In this document: positions 9,567-19,424 of the stretch, piece by piece
Position numbering within the stretch: the stretch's first letter is position 1
How the letters are laid out: each line of letters opens with the position of its first letter
Source: Candidatus Eiseniibacteriota bacterium
GTDB taxonomy: Bacteria > Eisenbacteria > RBG-16-71-46
Length of the DNA stretch: 64,000 bases
Direction of reading: 5' to 3'
Assembly (NCBI GenBank): GCA_041483195.1
Contig: JBGPFC010000002.1
Location: 1 to 64,000 of the forward strand
The notes under the pieces: generated by a model
What the model saw: only the letters and a program-made list of their open reading frames with translations
Database searches by the model: none
What the model was told of the DNA's origin: nothing
Made by a program: the position numbers and the translations under genes

Positions 9567-10682
9567 GTGACGCTGAACACGAAGCCAGGGAAGGTTGTCC
9601 CGCGCGCCGCGCGGCCGGTCGGCACCACGGATCCGGCGCCGTTGCCGGGTGAGATCCAGGAGGAGAGTCAGCTCCGCCCGCTCGCGCTCGACGATTTCGT
9701 GGGCCAGAGCGCGGTCAAGGAGCAGCTGAAGATATTCCTCGCCGCCGCGCGGCAGCGGGGCGAGGCGATGGATCACGTGCTGTTCCACGGCCCGCCCGGG
9801 CTGGGGAAGACCACGCTCGCGAGCATCGTCGCGCACGAGCTGGGGGTCGAGATCACGCACACCTCGGGACCGGTGATCGAGCGCGCGGGCGACCTCGCCG
9901 GCCTCCTCACCAACATCGGCCCGCGCGGCGTGCTGTTCGTCGACGAGATCCACCGCCTGAGCCCGGTGGTCGAGGAATACCTCTACCCGGCGCTCGAGGA
10001 CTTCACGCTCGACATCATGCTCGATCGCGGCCCGAGCGCGCGGTCGCTCAAGCTCAATCTCGAGCGCTTCACGCTGGTCGGCGCGACCACGCGCTCGGGC
10101 CTGCTCTCTTCTCCGCTGCGCGCGCGCTTCGGGGTGACGCTGCGGCTCGATTACTACGCGGCCGCCGATCTCGTCCACATCGTCCGGCGCTCCGCGAAGA
10201 TTCTCGGGGTCGAGATCGCGGACGCCGCGGCTCACGAGATCGCGCGCCGTTCGCGCGGAACGCCGCGCATCGCGAACCGGCTGCTCCGCCGCGTGCGCGA
10301 CGTCGCGCTCGTCACCTCCGATGGACGAATCACGATGGAAGTCACGCGCGATGCGCTGCGCCTGCTCGCGGTGGACGAGCGCGGGCTCGACGAGATGGAC
10401 CGCCGCCTCCTCGACGCGCTGATCTCGCGTTATCAGGGCGGGCCGGTCGGGCTCAGCACGCTGGCCGTGGTGGTGGGCGAGGAGGCGGGCACGCTCGAGG
10501 ACGTCTACGAGCCGTTTCTCGTCCAGGAAGGCCTCATCAAGCGCACCCCCCGCGGTCGCGAGGCGACTCCGCTCGCATACGCCCACCTGGGCGTGGCGCC
10601 GCCTCAGCCGGCGGCGTCGGTCCCGGAATCGCCGAAGCGGCCGACGGCGAGGCCGGAGCAGCCCGAGCTGCCGCTGCCCTGA
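9567..10682 (+). CDS. ruvB: Holliday junction branch migration helicase RuvB
   Basis: [62 protein letters not shown]. Confidence 0.97.
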   Translation: MTLNTKPGKVVPRAARPVGTTDPAPLPGEIQEESQLRPLALDDFVGQSAVKEQLKIFLAAARQRGEAMDHVLFHGPPGLGKTTLASIVAHELGVEITHTSGPVIERAGDLAGLLTNIGPRGVLFVDEIHRLSPVVEEYLYPALEDFTLDIMLDRGPSARSLKLNLERFTLVGATTRSGLLSSPLRARFGVTLRLDYYAAADLVHIVRRSAKILGVEIADAAAHEIARRSRGTPRIANRLLRRVRDVALVTSDGRITMEVTRDALRLLAVDERGLDEMDRRLLDALISRYQGGPVGLSTLAVVVGEEAGTLEDVYEPFLVQEGLIKRTPRGREATPLAYAHLGVAPPQPAASVPESPKRPTARPEQPELPLP

Positions 10683-10717
10683 AGGCCACGGCCCCGTTCG
10701 GCCGCGCGTCATCCGTC

Positions 10718-11746
10718 GTGCGACTCGAAGACCTCGACTACGAGCTTCCTCCCGCGCTCATCGCGCAACACCCCAGCGAGCGGCGCGAGGACGCACGCCT
10801 CCTGGTCGTCGAGCGCGCAACCGGCGCGCTCCACGACACCCGCGTCGCTGAGATCGCGCGCTGGCTGGTTCCCGGCGATGCGCTGGTTCTCAACGAGACG
10901 CGGGTCATCCCCGCGCGCATCGAGGCGCGACGCGCGAGCGGAGGCCGGGTCGAACTGCTGCTGGTGCGTCCCGGCACCGCCGGCGCGTGGCGGGTGCTGG
11001 CGAGGCCGGCCAAGCGCGCGATGCCGGGCGAGCGCCTCACGACCGCGGACGGCGGGCTCGAGCTCGAGGTCGTGGCGGCCGGCGCCGACGGCGAGCGCAC
11101 GGTGCGCGTCGCGCGAGGCGACCTGCGCGCGACGCTCGAATCCCACGGCGAGATCCCGCTCCCGCCGTACATCCACCGTGCGGCCGCGGCCGAGGATCGC
11201 GAGCGCTATCAGACCGTGTACGCGCGCGTCGATGGGGCGGTCGCCGCGCCCACCGCCGGCCTGCACTTCTCCCGCGAGCTGCTCGCCACGATCGAGGCGC
11301 ATGGCGTCACGACCGCGCGCGTGCTGCTGCACGTCGGTCCCGGCACCTTCCGGCCGATCACGGGGCCGGATCCCGCGCGCCACGCCATGGACGATGAGTA
11401 TTTCGAGGTCCCAGCTGAGGCGGTTCGCGTGCTGCGCGCGGCGCGCGCGCGACGCGGACGCGTCGTCGCGGTCGGCACCACGGCCGTGCGGGCGCTCGAA
11501 TCGGCGTGCGACGCGAACGACGGCGAGATCGCGCCGGCGAGCGGATGGACGCGCAAGTTCATCCTGCCGCCCTATCGGTTCCGCTCGGTGGACGCGCTGC
11601 TCACCAACTTTCATCTGCCCCGCACCACGCTGCTGCTGCTGGTGGCGGCATTCGCGGGGGAGGAGCTGATGCGGCGCGCGTACGCTCACGCCACGGCGGA
11701 GCGTTACCGGTTCTATTCGTACGGAGACGCGATGCTCGTGGTGTGA
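10718..11746 (+). CDS. queA: SAM:tRNA ribosyltransferase-isomerase QueA
   Basis: DYELP..LIAQ.P, PLPPYI, RYQTVYA...GAVAAPTAGLHF, LHVG.GTF, TNFHLP, YRFYSYGDAML. Confidence 0.97.
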   Translation: MRLEDLDYELPPALIAQHPSERREDARLLVVERATGALHDTRVAEIARWLVPGDALVLNETRVIPARIEARRASGGRVELLLVRPGTAGAWRVLARPAKRAMPGERLTTADGGLELEVVAAGADGERTVRVARGDLRATLESHGEIPLPPYIHRAAAAEDRERYQTVYARVDGAVAAPTAGLHFSRELLATIEAHGVTTARVLLHVGPGTFRPITGPDPARHAMDDEYFEVPAEAVRVLRAARARRGRVVAVGTTAVRALESACDANDGEIAPASGWTRKFILPPYRFRSVDALLTNFHLPRTTLLLLVAAFAGEELMRRAYAHATAERYRFYSYGDAMLVV

Positions 11747-11858
11747 GGGGTCTCCGGCTCAATCGTCGGCCGCCGGCTGCCGATACCCCGAACCGGGCCG
11801 GCCGGGCCGCACCCGCGGCGGGGACGCCGCATGGCCTCACCGCGCGGAGGACGCTGCG

Positions 11859-13787
11859 TTGTCGGATCGCCAGAAGTCTGTGACACCGATGCAGGCCGAG
11901 TGTCCCGCTCCGAGCGATGCGTTCGACCGGCACTGGCCCCGCCTGCTCGCCATCGTCATGGCGGTGGCGTTCGTCGCGCGGCTCGTCTACCTGCGCCAGG
12001 TCGCGCTCTTCCCGTTCTTCGATCAGCCGGTCGGCGACAGCGCGGCCCACCTGCGGCGCGCCGCCGAGATCGCCTCCGGAGTGCTGCTCCCGCCCCGCCC
12101 GCTCTACTACTGCAGCATCGGCTACCCGTACTTCCTCGCGGCCGTGCTCTCGGCATTCCACGCCGGCATCTTCGGCGTGTGCCTCACGCAGATCGCAGCT
12201 GGCGTGGTCGTGGTCGCGCTGCTCGCGAGGATCGCGCGCGACCTCTACGGCTCGAGGGCGGGAATCGTCGCGGGCGCCCTCGCCGCGCTCTACGGCCCTT
12301 CCGCGTTCCTCGAGGCGGACGTGCTCGGCGTGGTCTGGGGCCAGCTCGCGCTCGCGGCCGGCATGCTGGCCTGCCTGCGCTGGGCCGCGGCCCAGGAGCG
12401 CGCGCCCGGCACGCGGACGATGATCGCCTGGCTCGCGGGGGCGGCGTTCGGAGTCGCCGCGACCGAGCGCCCGAATCTGCTCGTGCTCGCGCCGGTGATC
12501 GCGGTGTGGATGGTGGCGCGCACGCGGGGCCGCCATGCGCTCCGCCCGGTGCTCGCGCTCTCGGCGGGCGTCGCGCTCCCGATCGCCGCGGTCCTCGCGC
12601 TCAACCTGGCGGGGAGCGGTCAATGGGTTCCGCTCACCACCTCCGGAGGGATCAACCTGAGCCTCGCCTACCACTCCGGAGCGACCGGCACGTTCGAGGA
12701 GCCATGGGAGCGTGGGGCTTCGCACTTCGCGGCCCGCCACACCGAGCCCGAGGAGGCGATGATCGCGAGGGCCGCCGCCGAGCTCGGGCACGCCGTGACA
12801 CCCCAGCAGGCCTCGGAGTACTGGGGCCGCCAGGCGATCGCGTTCATTCGAACCCACCCGGCCGAAGCGGCGTGGATCACGTTTCGCAAGGCCGCGCTCC
12901 TGCTGAACGGCGCGGAGGTGCCGAACCATCTCGACTACGAGTTCATCCGCGAGCGCGCTCCGGCGCTGTGGCTGATGCCGGTGGGATTCGGCGCGATCCT
13001 CCCGCTTGCGGTGATCGGGATCGGAGACGCGTTTCGCCGCCGCCGCGGCCGGATGGGGACATCGTTCCTGGCGCTGGTCAGCGCGGGGGCGATGGCGAGC
13101 GTGCTGCCGTTCACCGTCGCGGACCGCTATCGCGCGCCGATGGTGCCCGCGCTGATCGTGGCGGCGGGCGCGGGAGCCGTGGCATTGCTTCGCCTCGGGC
13201 GCGAGCGCGACGCGCGCATCGCGCGGGGGGCGCTGCCGGTGCTCGCCGCCGGCCTGATCGCGGCGCTGATCGCGGCGGTGCCGCTCGTCCGTCCGCTGCG
13301 CGGGCGCGACCACTGGATGTTCGCCCAGGCCTATGAGGCGCGCGGCAATCTGCCGGGCGCGATCGCGGCGTACGAGTCGGCGGTGCGCGCGGAGGGCGAC
13401 GACGGCGAGCTGCTGAACAACCTGGCCATGGCCTACCGGGCGGCCGGGAATCGCGATCGCGCCGTCGGCACGCTGCGCCGCGCGATCACCGCGGACCCGG
13501 GGCTCGCGTATCCGCGCCGCAACCTGGGGCTGCTGCTCGCCGCGCGCGGCGAGGCCGATTCGGCGCTGGCCGAGTTGCGCGCCGCGCTCGCGATCGAGCC
13601 GGACGATCCCGAGGGGCTGGGCGCGATCGGAGCGTTGCTCGCGGAACGTGGCGACACCGCGAACGCGGCTGCGGCATTCGCGCGCGCGCGTGCGCTCGCG
13701 CCAGACGACCGGCGACTGCTGGGTCTGATTCAGCGCTACTCGGCCGCCATCGGCGATGGCCCCGCCGGAGACCCGCCGCGACGTTGA
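11859..13787 (+). CDS. GT-C (ArnT/PMT-like, family 39) membrane glycosyltransferase with C-terminal TPR repeats
   Basis: GGAGGA RBS before TTG; many TM helices; YPYFLA, RPN and RYRAP motifs; TPR-like helices (LLNNLAMAY, RNLGLLLA). Confidence 0.8.
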   Translation: MSDRQKSVTPMQAECPAPSDAFDRHWPRLLAIVMAVAFVARLVYLRQVALFPFFDQPVGDSAAHLRRAAEIASGVLLPPRPLYYCSIGYPYFLAAVLSAFHAGIFGVCLTQIAAGVVVVALLARIARDLYGSRAGIVAGALAALYGPSAFLEADVLGVVWGQLALAAGMLACLRWAAAQERAPGTRTMIAWLAGAAFGVAATERPNLLVLAPVIAVWMVARTRGRHALRPVLALSAGVALPIAAVLALNLAGSGQWVPLTTSGGINLSLAYHSGATGTFEEPWERGASHFAARHTEPEEAMIARAAAELGHAVTPQQASEYWGRQAIAFIRTHPAEAAWITFRKAALLLNGAEVPNHLDYEFIRERAPALWLMPVGFGAILPLAVIGIGDAFRRRRGRMGTSFLALVSAGAMASVLPFTVADRYRAPMVPALIVAAGAGAVALLRLGRERDARIARGALPVLAAGLIAALIAAVPLVRPLRGRDHWMFAQAYEARGNLPGAIAAYESAVRAEGDDGELLNNLAMAYRAAGNRDRAVGTLRRAITADPGLAYPRRNLGLLLAARGEADSALAELRAALAIEPDDPEGLGAIGALLAERGDTANAAAAFARARALAPDDRRLLGLIQRYSAAIGDGPAGDPPRR

Positions 13788-13863
13788 AGCGCAGGTCGAC
13801 TCTCGATCCCGGATTGGCGCCCGGCCCACCGCCGCGGGTATACTGATCGCCGCTCGGATCAGG

Positions 13864-13900
13864 GGGGTCGGCTCGCAGTCGCCGGCCCCTTATGTTTTGT
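13864..13900 (+). terminator. intrinsic terminator between convergent genes
   Basis: GGGGTCGGC-N8-GCCGGCCCC followed by TTATGTTTTGT. Confidence 0.6.
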
Positions 13901-13914
13901 TGAAAACCAACAGG

Positions 13915-15465
13915 TTAGAGCGGTGGATTGCCGTGCTTCTTGAATGGCAGCGTCTGTCGCTTGCCGCGCAGCATCTCGAGCGCTGCGATCAGCCGGGGGC
14001 GGGTGTCGACCGGGTCGATGACGTCGTCCAGATAGCCCAGCTCGGCCGCGGCCCATGGCGAGGCGAACCTGTCGTTGTATTCGTCGATCAGGCGCTTGCG
14101 CGCCGCCGCCGGGTCCTTCGACTTCGCGATCTCGTCGCGGTACAGGATGTTCACGGCGCCATCGGCCCCCATCACCGCCATCTCGGCGCTGGGCCACGCG
14201 ACGTTGTAATCGCCCCGGATGTGCTTGCTCGACATGACGTCGTACGCACCGCCGTAGGCCTTGCGCACCACCACGGTGAGCTTCGGCACGGTGGCCTCGC
14301 AGTAGGCGTAGAGCAGCTTGGCGCCGTGGCGGATGATACCGCCCCACTCCTGCTGCGTCCCGGGGAGGAATCCGGGAACGTCCTCGAACGTGACGAGCGG
14401 GATGTTGAACGCGTCGCAGAATCGCACGAACCGCGCGCCCTTCACCGACGAATCGATGTCGAGCACCCCCGCCAGCACGCGGGGCTGGTTGCCCACGACG
14501 CCGACCGGCCGCCCGTTCAGGCGCGCGAACCCCACCACGAGATTTTGCGCGAAATGCTCGTGGACCTCGAAGAAGTCTCCATCGTCCACGACGCGGCGCA
14601 CCAGGTCCTTCATGTCGTAGGGTTGATCGGAGGCGTCTGGCACCAGGGTCGCGAGCTCGGGGTCGCGCCGGTCGATGGGATCGCGGGTCGCGCGCCGCGG
14701 AGGGTCCTCCATGTTGTGGCCTGGGATGAACGTGAGGAGCCGCTTCACGTGACGAATGCAATCGGCGTCGTCCTTCGCCGCGAAATGCGCGACGCCGCTC
14801 CGGCTGTTGTGCGTCATCGCCCCGCCCAGCGCCTCGAACGAGACCTCCTCTGCGGTGACCGCCTTGATCACCTCCGGCCCGGTCACGAACATGTGGCTCG
14901 TGCCCTCGACCATGATGGTGAAGTCGGTGATCGCGGGGGAGTAGACGGCGCCGCCCGCGCACGGTCCCATGATCGCGGAGATCTGCGGCACCACCCCCGA
15001 CGCCAGGGTATTGCGCAGGAACACGTCCGCGTACGCGCCCAGCGAGAGCACGCCCTCCTGGATACGCGCGCCCCCCGAGTCGTTGAGCCCCACCACCGGG
15101 GCGCCGTTCTCCATCGCGAGATCCATGATCGCGCAGATCTTCTTCGCGTTCGCCTCGCTCATGGTGCCGCCGAACACGGTGAAGTCCTGAGCGAACACGT
15201 AGATCATCCGCCCATCGACCGTCCCCCAGCCGGCGACCACGCCGTCCCCGACGATTCGCCGCTGCTCCATTCCGAATTCGTGCGAGCGATGCAGGACGTG
15301 CGCGCCGATCTCGACGAACGAGCCGGGATCGAGGAGCAGCTCGAGGCGCTCGCGCGCGGTGAGGCAACCCCTGGCGTGGATCTTCGCGGTGCGCTCCGGG
15401 CCGCCGCCGGCGAGCCCCTGCTCGCGGCGCCGGCGCAGCTCGGCGAGTCGCTGTTCTCGGTTCAA
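13915..15465 (-). CDS. pccB: acyl-CoA (propionyl/methylmalonyl-CoA) carboxylase, carboxyltransferase subunit
   Basis: GGAGGA RBS before TTG 15465; [59 protein letters not shown]. Confidence 0.93.
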   Translation of the reverse strand: MNREQRLAELRRRREQGLAGGGPERTAKIHARGCLTARERLELLLDPGSFVEIGAHVLHRSHEFGMEQRRIVGDGVVAGWGTVDGRMIYVFAQDFTVFGGTMSEANAKKICAIMDLAMENGAPVVGLNDSGGARIQEGVLSLGAYADVFLRNTLASGVVPQISAIMGPCAGGAVYSPAITDFTIMVEGTSHMFVTGPEVIKAVTAEEVSFEALGGAMTHNSRSGVAHFAAKDDADCIRHVKRLLTFIPGHNMEDPPRRATRDPIDRRDPELATLVPDASDQPYDMKDLVRRVVDDGDFFEVHEHFAQNLVVGFARLNGRPVGVVGNQPRVLAGVLDIDSSVKGARFVRFCDAFNIPLVTFEDVPGFLPGTQQEWGGIIRHGAKLLYAYCEATVPKLTVVVRKAYGGAYDVMSSKHIRGDYNVAWPSAEMAVMGADGAVNILYRDEIAKSKDPAAARKRLIDEYNDRFASPWAAAELGYLDDVIDPVDTRPRLIAALEMLRGKRQTLPFKKHGNPPL

Positions 15466-15596
15466 CGGTTCCTCCCGCGGGGTGGGCACGAAACGCGGGC
15501 GAGGGTAGGGACGCGGCCGGAGGCGGTCAAGCGGGAAGCCCGCGCCGGCGCGATTTCCCGCCGTGGCGCACGCGCGGGTGCACCCGGGGGCCATTC

Positions 15597-16844
15597 GTGC
15601 CGATAACGCTGGAGTCATTGTGGAGGCTTTGGCTCGCGTCCCCCCCCGAGGCACCTGGACTGACCATGGACTGGTCGCACGGCATCGTCTTCGTCGTCCT
15701 GTTCTGCGCGCTCGTCGACTTCGCCAAGCTCGTCGTCGAGCTGCTCGGGCGCGACGAGGCACGGAGCTTTCGCTCGGATCCGGCGCTGGTGACGGCGATC
15801 ATCCCGTGCAAGAACGGAGCGCGCGAGCTGCCCGGCACCATCGCCGAGCTCGCGGCGTTCCTGCCGCCGGAGCGCATCATGGTGATCGACGACGGCAGCA
15901 CCGACGGCACCTCCGAGGTCGCGAGCGGGCTCGGCGTGCAGGTGCACCGCTTCGAGCAGAGCAAGGGCAAGGCGGCGGCCGTGAACTACGCGGTCTATCG
16001 CGTGAAGACGCCATTCACCCTGCTGCTCGACGACGACACGCGGCTCGGCGGGGCCCGGATTCCGACCTCGCTGCTCGCGGATGACGGATACGACGCGGTC
16101 GCCTTCCACGTGCTGCCGGATCGCCGCAATCGCGACGGCTCGCACGGCAACAACTTCCTCGGCCATCTCCAGCGCTACGAGTACGGGAAGAGCATGGAGA
16201 TCGGCAAGCGCTTCCACGACGTCACGCAATCGGTGAGCTGCGTCTCGGGGGCGGTTGGCCTGTTTCGCACCGAGCACCTGAACCGCTGGCACCATCAGCA
16301 CACCGGCGTGTTCCAGGGCGAGGACCTGCAGCGCACCATCATTCACCTGCTCAATCGCAGCCGGATCGTGTTCGCGAACGAGCCGGTGTGGACGGTCGCG
16401 CCATCGACCGTGATGCAGTGGCTGCAGCAGCGACTGACCGGCTGGTATCCGGGGCTCTACCACCAGCTCGCGAACTTCACGCGCCTGCTCGTGCGCAGGG
16501 GCGTCTCGTGGCGCCTGCGCTACGAGATGGCGTACAACCTCTACACCGTCGTGAGCGATCCGCTGAAGACCTGGTCGATCGTGGTGATCGCGGTCACGCC
16601 GGGGCTGCACTGGTGGGGGCTCGTCATCTACCTCTGCTACCTCCTGTTCGAGCTCTATCCCTACTTCGTGGTGCGGGTGCCGGTCGTCAATCGTCGCGCC
16701 CCCATCTCGGTGCTGTTCTTCTACCCGGTCTACGGAGCGATCAACACGCTGCTTCGCACGCTGTCCGTGCTGGTGTGGTTCTGGTTCCGCTTCATCACGC
16801 GCAGCATGCGCCCGCGGCGCGGACCGGAGGATCGAATCGCATGA
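15597..16844 (+). CDS. processive family-2 glycosyltransferase (PgaC/IcaA/YaiP-like)
   Basis: N-terminal [34 protein letters not shown]-terminal TMs. Alternative start ATG 15666. Confidence 0.88.
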   Translation: MPITLESLWRLWLASPPEAPGLTMDWSHGIVFVVLFCALVDFAKLVVELLGRDEARSFRSDPALVTAIIPCKNGARELPGTIAELAAFLPPERIMVIDDGSTDGTSEVASGLGVQVHRFEQSKGKAAAVNYAVYRVKTPFTLLLDDDTRLGGARIPTSLLADDGYDAVAFHVLPDRRNRDGSHGNNFLGHLQRYEYGKSMEIGKRFHDVTQSVSCVSGAVGLFRTEHLNRWHHQHTGVFQGEDLQRTIIHLLNRSRIVFANEPVWTVAPSTVMQWLQQRLTGWYPGLYHQLANFTRLLVRRGVSWRLRYEMAYNLYTVVSDPLKTWSIVVIAVTPGLHWWGLVIYLCYLLFELYPYFVVRVPVVNRRAPISVLFFYPVYGAINTLLRTLSVLVWFWFRFITRSMRPRRGPEDRIA

Positions 16845-17533
16845 GGCGCTCGACCGCATTGATCGCGCTGGGCCTGTGGCTGTGCCTCGCGATGCCGCGC
16901 CCCGCGGCCGCTGCCCCGGTGGCCGGAGCCCAGTTCCGCTACTGGGCGTTCAGCAACGACAACGATCTGCGCGACTGGATCGCGTACTGGTCGCCGGGAC
17001 CGGTCCACGTCCAGCTCGAGTACTGGGATTTCGCGCGCGGCGACGACCAATTCCGGCCGGAGATCGGGCTGCACCTGCACGACCGCCACCGCTCGGTCTA
17101 CACCGTGCAGTGGCGCCACGAGAAGGACGACGAGCGCTTCACGTTCGGCACCGACCAGGTGCTGAGCGCGCACACCGTCGCGCGGGTCGCCGCGAGCCCG
17201 ATCATCGCTCGCGACTCCACCCAGTGGGTCCTGAGCGGGGGTACCGACTACTACTGGTCGTCCTACAATTTCTTCTCGTGGACCGTCATTCACGACCCGC
17301 GCGGCGGCGACCTCTGGGTGGTGCCGCTGCGGCTGCGGCTCGCGTTCGAGGAGACCAACTGGCTGCAGTACACGCTCGCCCCCGCGAGCAAGGGCTCGAT
17401 CGGCTGGGCCGTCGATGTGAAGAAGCGGTGGCTGCGGGCCGGGGTGGAGCACAACAGCCGCTACGACTTCACGAGGCTCGACAACGTGATCTTCACCGTG
17501 GGGATCGAGGTTCCGCTGCGCCGCGAGCCCTGA
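16841..17533 (+). CDS. small outer-membrane beta-barrel (YaiO-like), putative export partner of the GT2
   Basis: ATGA overlap with the GT2 stop; signal peptide [24 protein letters not shown]; aromatic-rich alternating strands. Confidence 0.7.
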   Translation: MRRSTALIALGLWLCLAMPRPAAAAPVAGAQFRYWAFSNDNDLRDWIAYWSPGPVHVQLEYWDFARGDDQFRPEIGLHLHDRHRSVYTVQWRHEKDDERFTFGTDQVLSAHTVARVAASPIIARDSTQWVLSGGTDYYWSSYNFFSWTVIHDPRGGDLWVVPLRLRLAFEETNWLQYTLAPASKGSIGWAVDVKKRWLRAGVEHNSRYDFTRLDNVIFTVGIEVPLRREP

Positions 17534-17641
17534 CCGGTCCCCCGCCGGGGGCGGAATACGGGTTGATTCCGCGGCGGCACAGGCGCACGCTCCTGGTCGT
17601 GGGTCGCACTCCCGGGTTCCGCTGGAGCCCGAGCACCGGCC

Positions 17642-17667
17642 CGTCCCTCCGTTGCACCTGGCGAGTC
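17642..17667 (+). promoter_or_regulatory. conserved upstream element, copy 1
   Basis: CGTCCCTCCGTTGCACCTGGCGAGTC is identical upstream of both paralogs, just before the GAGGAGGG RBS. Confidence 0.45.
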
Positions 17668-17685
17668 ATTAAGAGGAGGGAAACC

Positions 17686-18444
17686 ATGTCAGTGCGCTTA
17701 CGTCTCCTGCTGTCGATCGCAATCGCAGTGCTCGGTGTGTCCGCCGCGGCCGCTCCGGCGCGGGCCTCGAAGCCCGCGCCCACGATCGAGCCCCTTCCGC
17801 CCGGCCCGATCAAGTCCGTCATGATCGGTCCGCAGTCCACGTACGTGCCTGCGTGCCTGCTGGGTCCGAACGGCCCGCTGGCCTACGTGGTGAACTACCT
17901 GCTCCCGCCCGACGACGCGTACTACACGCTGCTGCAGCCCTCCGCGTGCGCCGCGTGCAACGGGCCCGGCGGCGTGAGCATCATCGGCCTGAACTTCGCC
18001 CTCAATTTCCAGGCCGCGTGCGACCAGCCGGTAACGGTGTCGGTGGTGGGTGCGCAGGGTGTTGCCGGGTGCCGCACGCCCGACCCGGCGACGGTGCTGT
18101 GCCCCCCGAGCTCGTACGTCCTGTCCCTGAGCTCGCCCGGGACCTTCGGCTTCAGCATTCTGCTTCCGGCCCCGTGCTGCATCAGCCAGGATGCCTTCAT
18201 GTGCGTGAGCTTCGGGCAGTCGGGGAGCAGTTGCTCCACCGCGAGCACGCGCCCGCGACTCGTCACGACCGCGAGCTGCGCGCCTTGTGTCTCCTACAAC
18301 ATCTATCCGGGCGGCAACGCCGACCTGTGTTCGCCCGCCGTCGCGTTTCCGGGGAATCCGGTGATGTTCGCGAACGCCGACTGCTGCTCGATCACTCCGG
18401 CGCGATCGGGGAGCTGGGGGAGGCTCAAGCTGCTGTATCGCTGA
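17686..18444 (+). CDS. secreted Cys-rich protein with C-terminal SWGRLKLLYR motif (paralog 1)
   Basis: GAGGAGGG RBS; signal peptide ending APARA|SKPAP; 15 Cys; 252 aa. Confidence 0.9.
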   Translation: MSVRLRLLLSIAIAVLGVSAAAAPARASKPAPTIEPLPPGPIKSVMIGPQSTYVPACLLGPNGPLAYVVNYLLPPDDAYYTLLQPSACAACNGPGGVSIIGLNFALNFQAACDQPVTVSVVGAQGVAGCRTPDPATVLCPPSSYVLSLSSPGTFGFSILLPAPCCISQDAFMCVSFGQSGSSCSTASTRPRLVTTASCAPCVSYNIYPGGNADLCSPAVAFPGNPVMFANADCCSITPARSGSWGRLKLLYR

Positions 18445-18454
18445 GCGGCTCCCG

Positions 18455-18520
18455 TTCACGAGGCTCGACGACGTGATCTTCACCGCGGGGATCGAGGTCC
18501 TGCTGCACCGCGAGCCCTGA
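18455..18520 (+). pseudogene. relic copy of the last 22 codons of the beta-barrel gene
   Basis: 61/66 nt identical to 17468-17533 (FTRLDDVIFTAGIEVLLHREP* vs FTRLDNVIFTVGIEVPLRREP*); no start or RBS. Confidence 0.9.
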
Positions 18521-18622
18521 CCGGCGCCGCGAATTTCTGGTTGCTTCGTCATCCCGGCGGGCGCAGGCTTTTTGTCGCGCCCCGCCCTGCGGGCCCCGCT
18601 CGGGTTCCGCGAGCGCCGGCTC

Positions 18623-18648
18623 GTCCCTCCGTTGCACCTGGCGAGTCC
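18623..18648 (+). promoter_or_regulatory. conserved upstream element, copy 2
   Basis: Same 26-nt CGTCCCTCCGTTGCACCTGGCGAGTC element. Confidence 0.45.
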
Positions 18649-18665
18649 CACTGAGGAGGGGAACC

Positions 18666-19424
18666 ATGCCTGTGCGCTTCCATTTCGCGCGGCCCATCGC
18701 ATTCGCCCTTGTCGCCGTATTCGCCGTCGCCACGCTCGCCTGGGCGTCGAAGCCGGCGCCCGTGGTCGAGCCCATCTTACCGGTCCCGATGCAGTCCGTC
18801 ACCGTCGGGCATCCGCTTTCGCCGTCGTCCGCGTGCGTGCTGGGGGTGAACGGGGTGCCCGCCTTCGCCGTCAACTATCTGCTGCCGCCCGACGACGCGT
18901 ACTACACGTTGCTTCGGCCCTCCGCATGCGGGTCGTGCACCGGACCCGGGGGCGTCGTCATCACGACCGCGCTGCTCGCGCTCAACTTTCAGGTGGGATG
19001 CGACCAGCCGATCACCCTGTCCGTGGTGGGCGCGAGTGGCGACGCGCCGTGCCGGACCCCCGACCCGACGACGATCCTGTGCGCCGCGACGGCGTACCTG
19101 CTGAGCCCGGGCGCGCCCGGAAACTACATCTTCGCGCTGGCGCTGCCGGCCGCGTGCTGCATCAGCCAGGACGCCTTCCTGTGCGTGAACTTCGTGCAGC
19201 CTGGCAACGGTTGCTCTACCGCCAGCACGCGTCCGCGGCTCATCACGACCGCGAGCTGCGCGCCCTGCGTCTCCTACAACATCTATCCCGGAGGCGACGA
19301 CGACCTGTGCTCGCCCGCCGTCGCATTCCCGGGGAATCCGCTCATCGCCGCGAATGCCGACTGCTGCTCGATCACTCCGGCGCGATCGGGGAGCTGGGGG
19401 AGGCTCAAGCTGCTGTATCGCTGA
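18666..19424 (+). CDS. secreted Cys-rich protein with C-terminal SWGRLKLLYR motif (paralog 2)
   Basis: GAGGAGGG RBS; signal peptide ending LAWA|SKPAP; same 15 Cys positions; 252 aa. Confidence 0.9.
   Translation: MPVRFHFARPIAFALVAVFAVATLAWASKPAPVVEPILPVPMQSVTVGHPLSPSSACVLGVNGVPAFAVNYLLPPDDAYYTLLRPSACGSCTGPGGVVITTALLALNFQVGCDQPITLSVVGASGDAPCRTPDPTTILCAATAYLLSPGAPGNYIFALALPAACCISQDAFLCVNFVQPGNGCSTASTRPRLITTASCAPCVSYNIYPGGDDDLCSPAVAFPGNPLIAANADCCSITPARSGSWGRLKLLYR

Noticed and set aside
17636..17660. Possible sigma54 promoter in the element upstream of the Cys-rich genes (GG...TTGCA)
   Set aside because: GG-to-GC spacing is 14 nt, not the required 10
17686..19424. Cys-rich proteins as multihaem cytochromes, ferredoxins or RiPP precursors
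   Set aside because: No CxxCH or CxxCxxC motifs; Sec-type signal peptides; no modifying enzymes nearby
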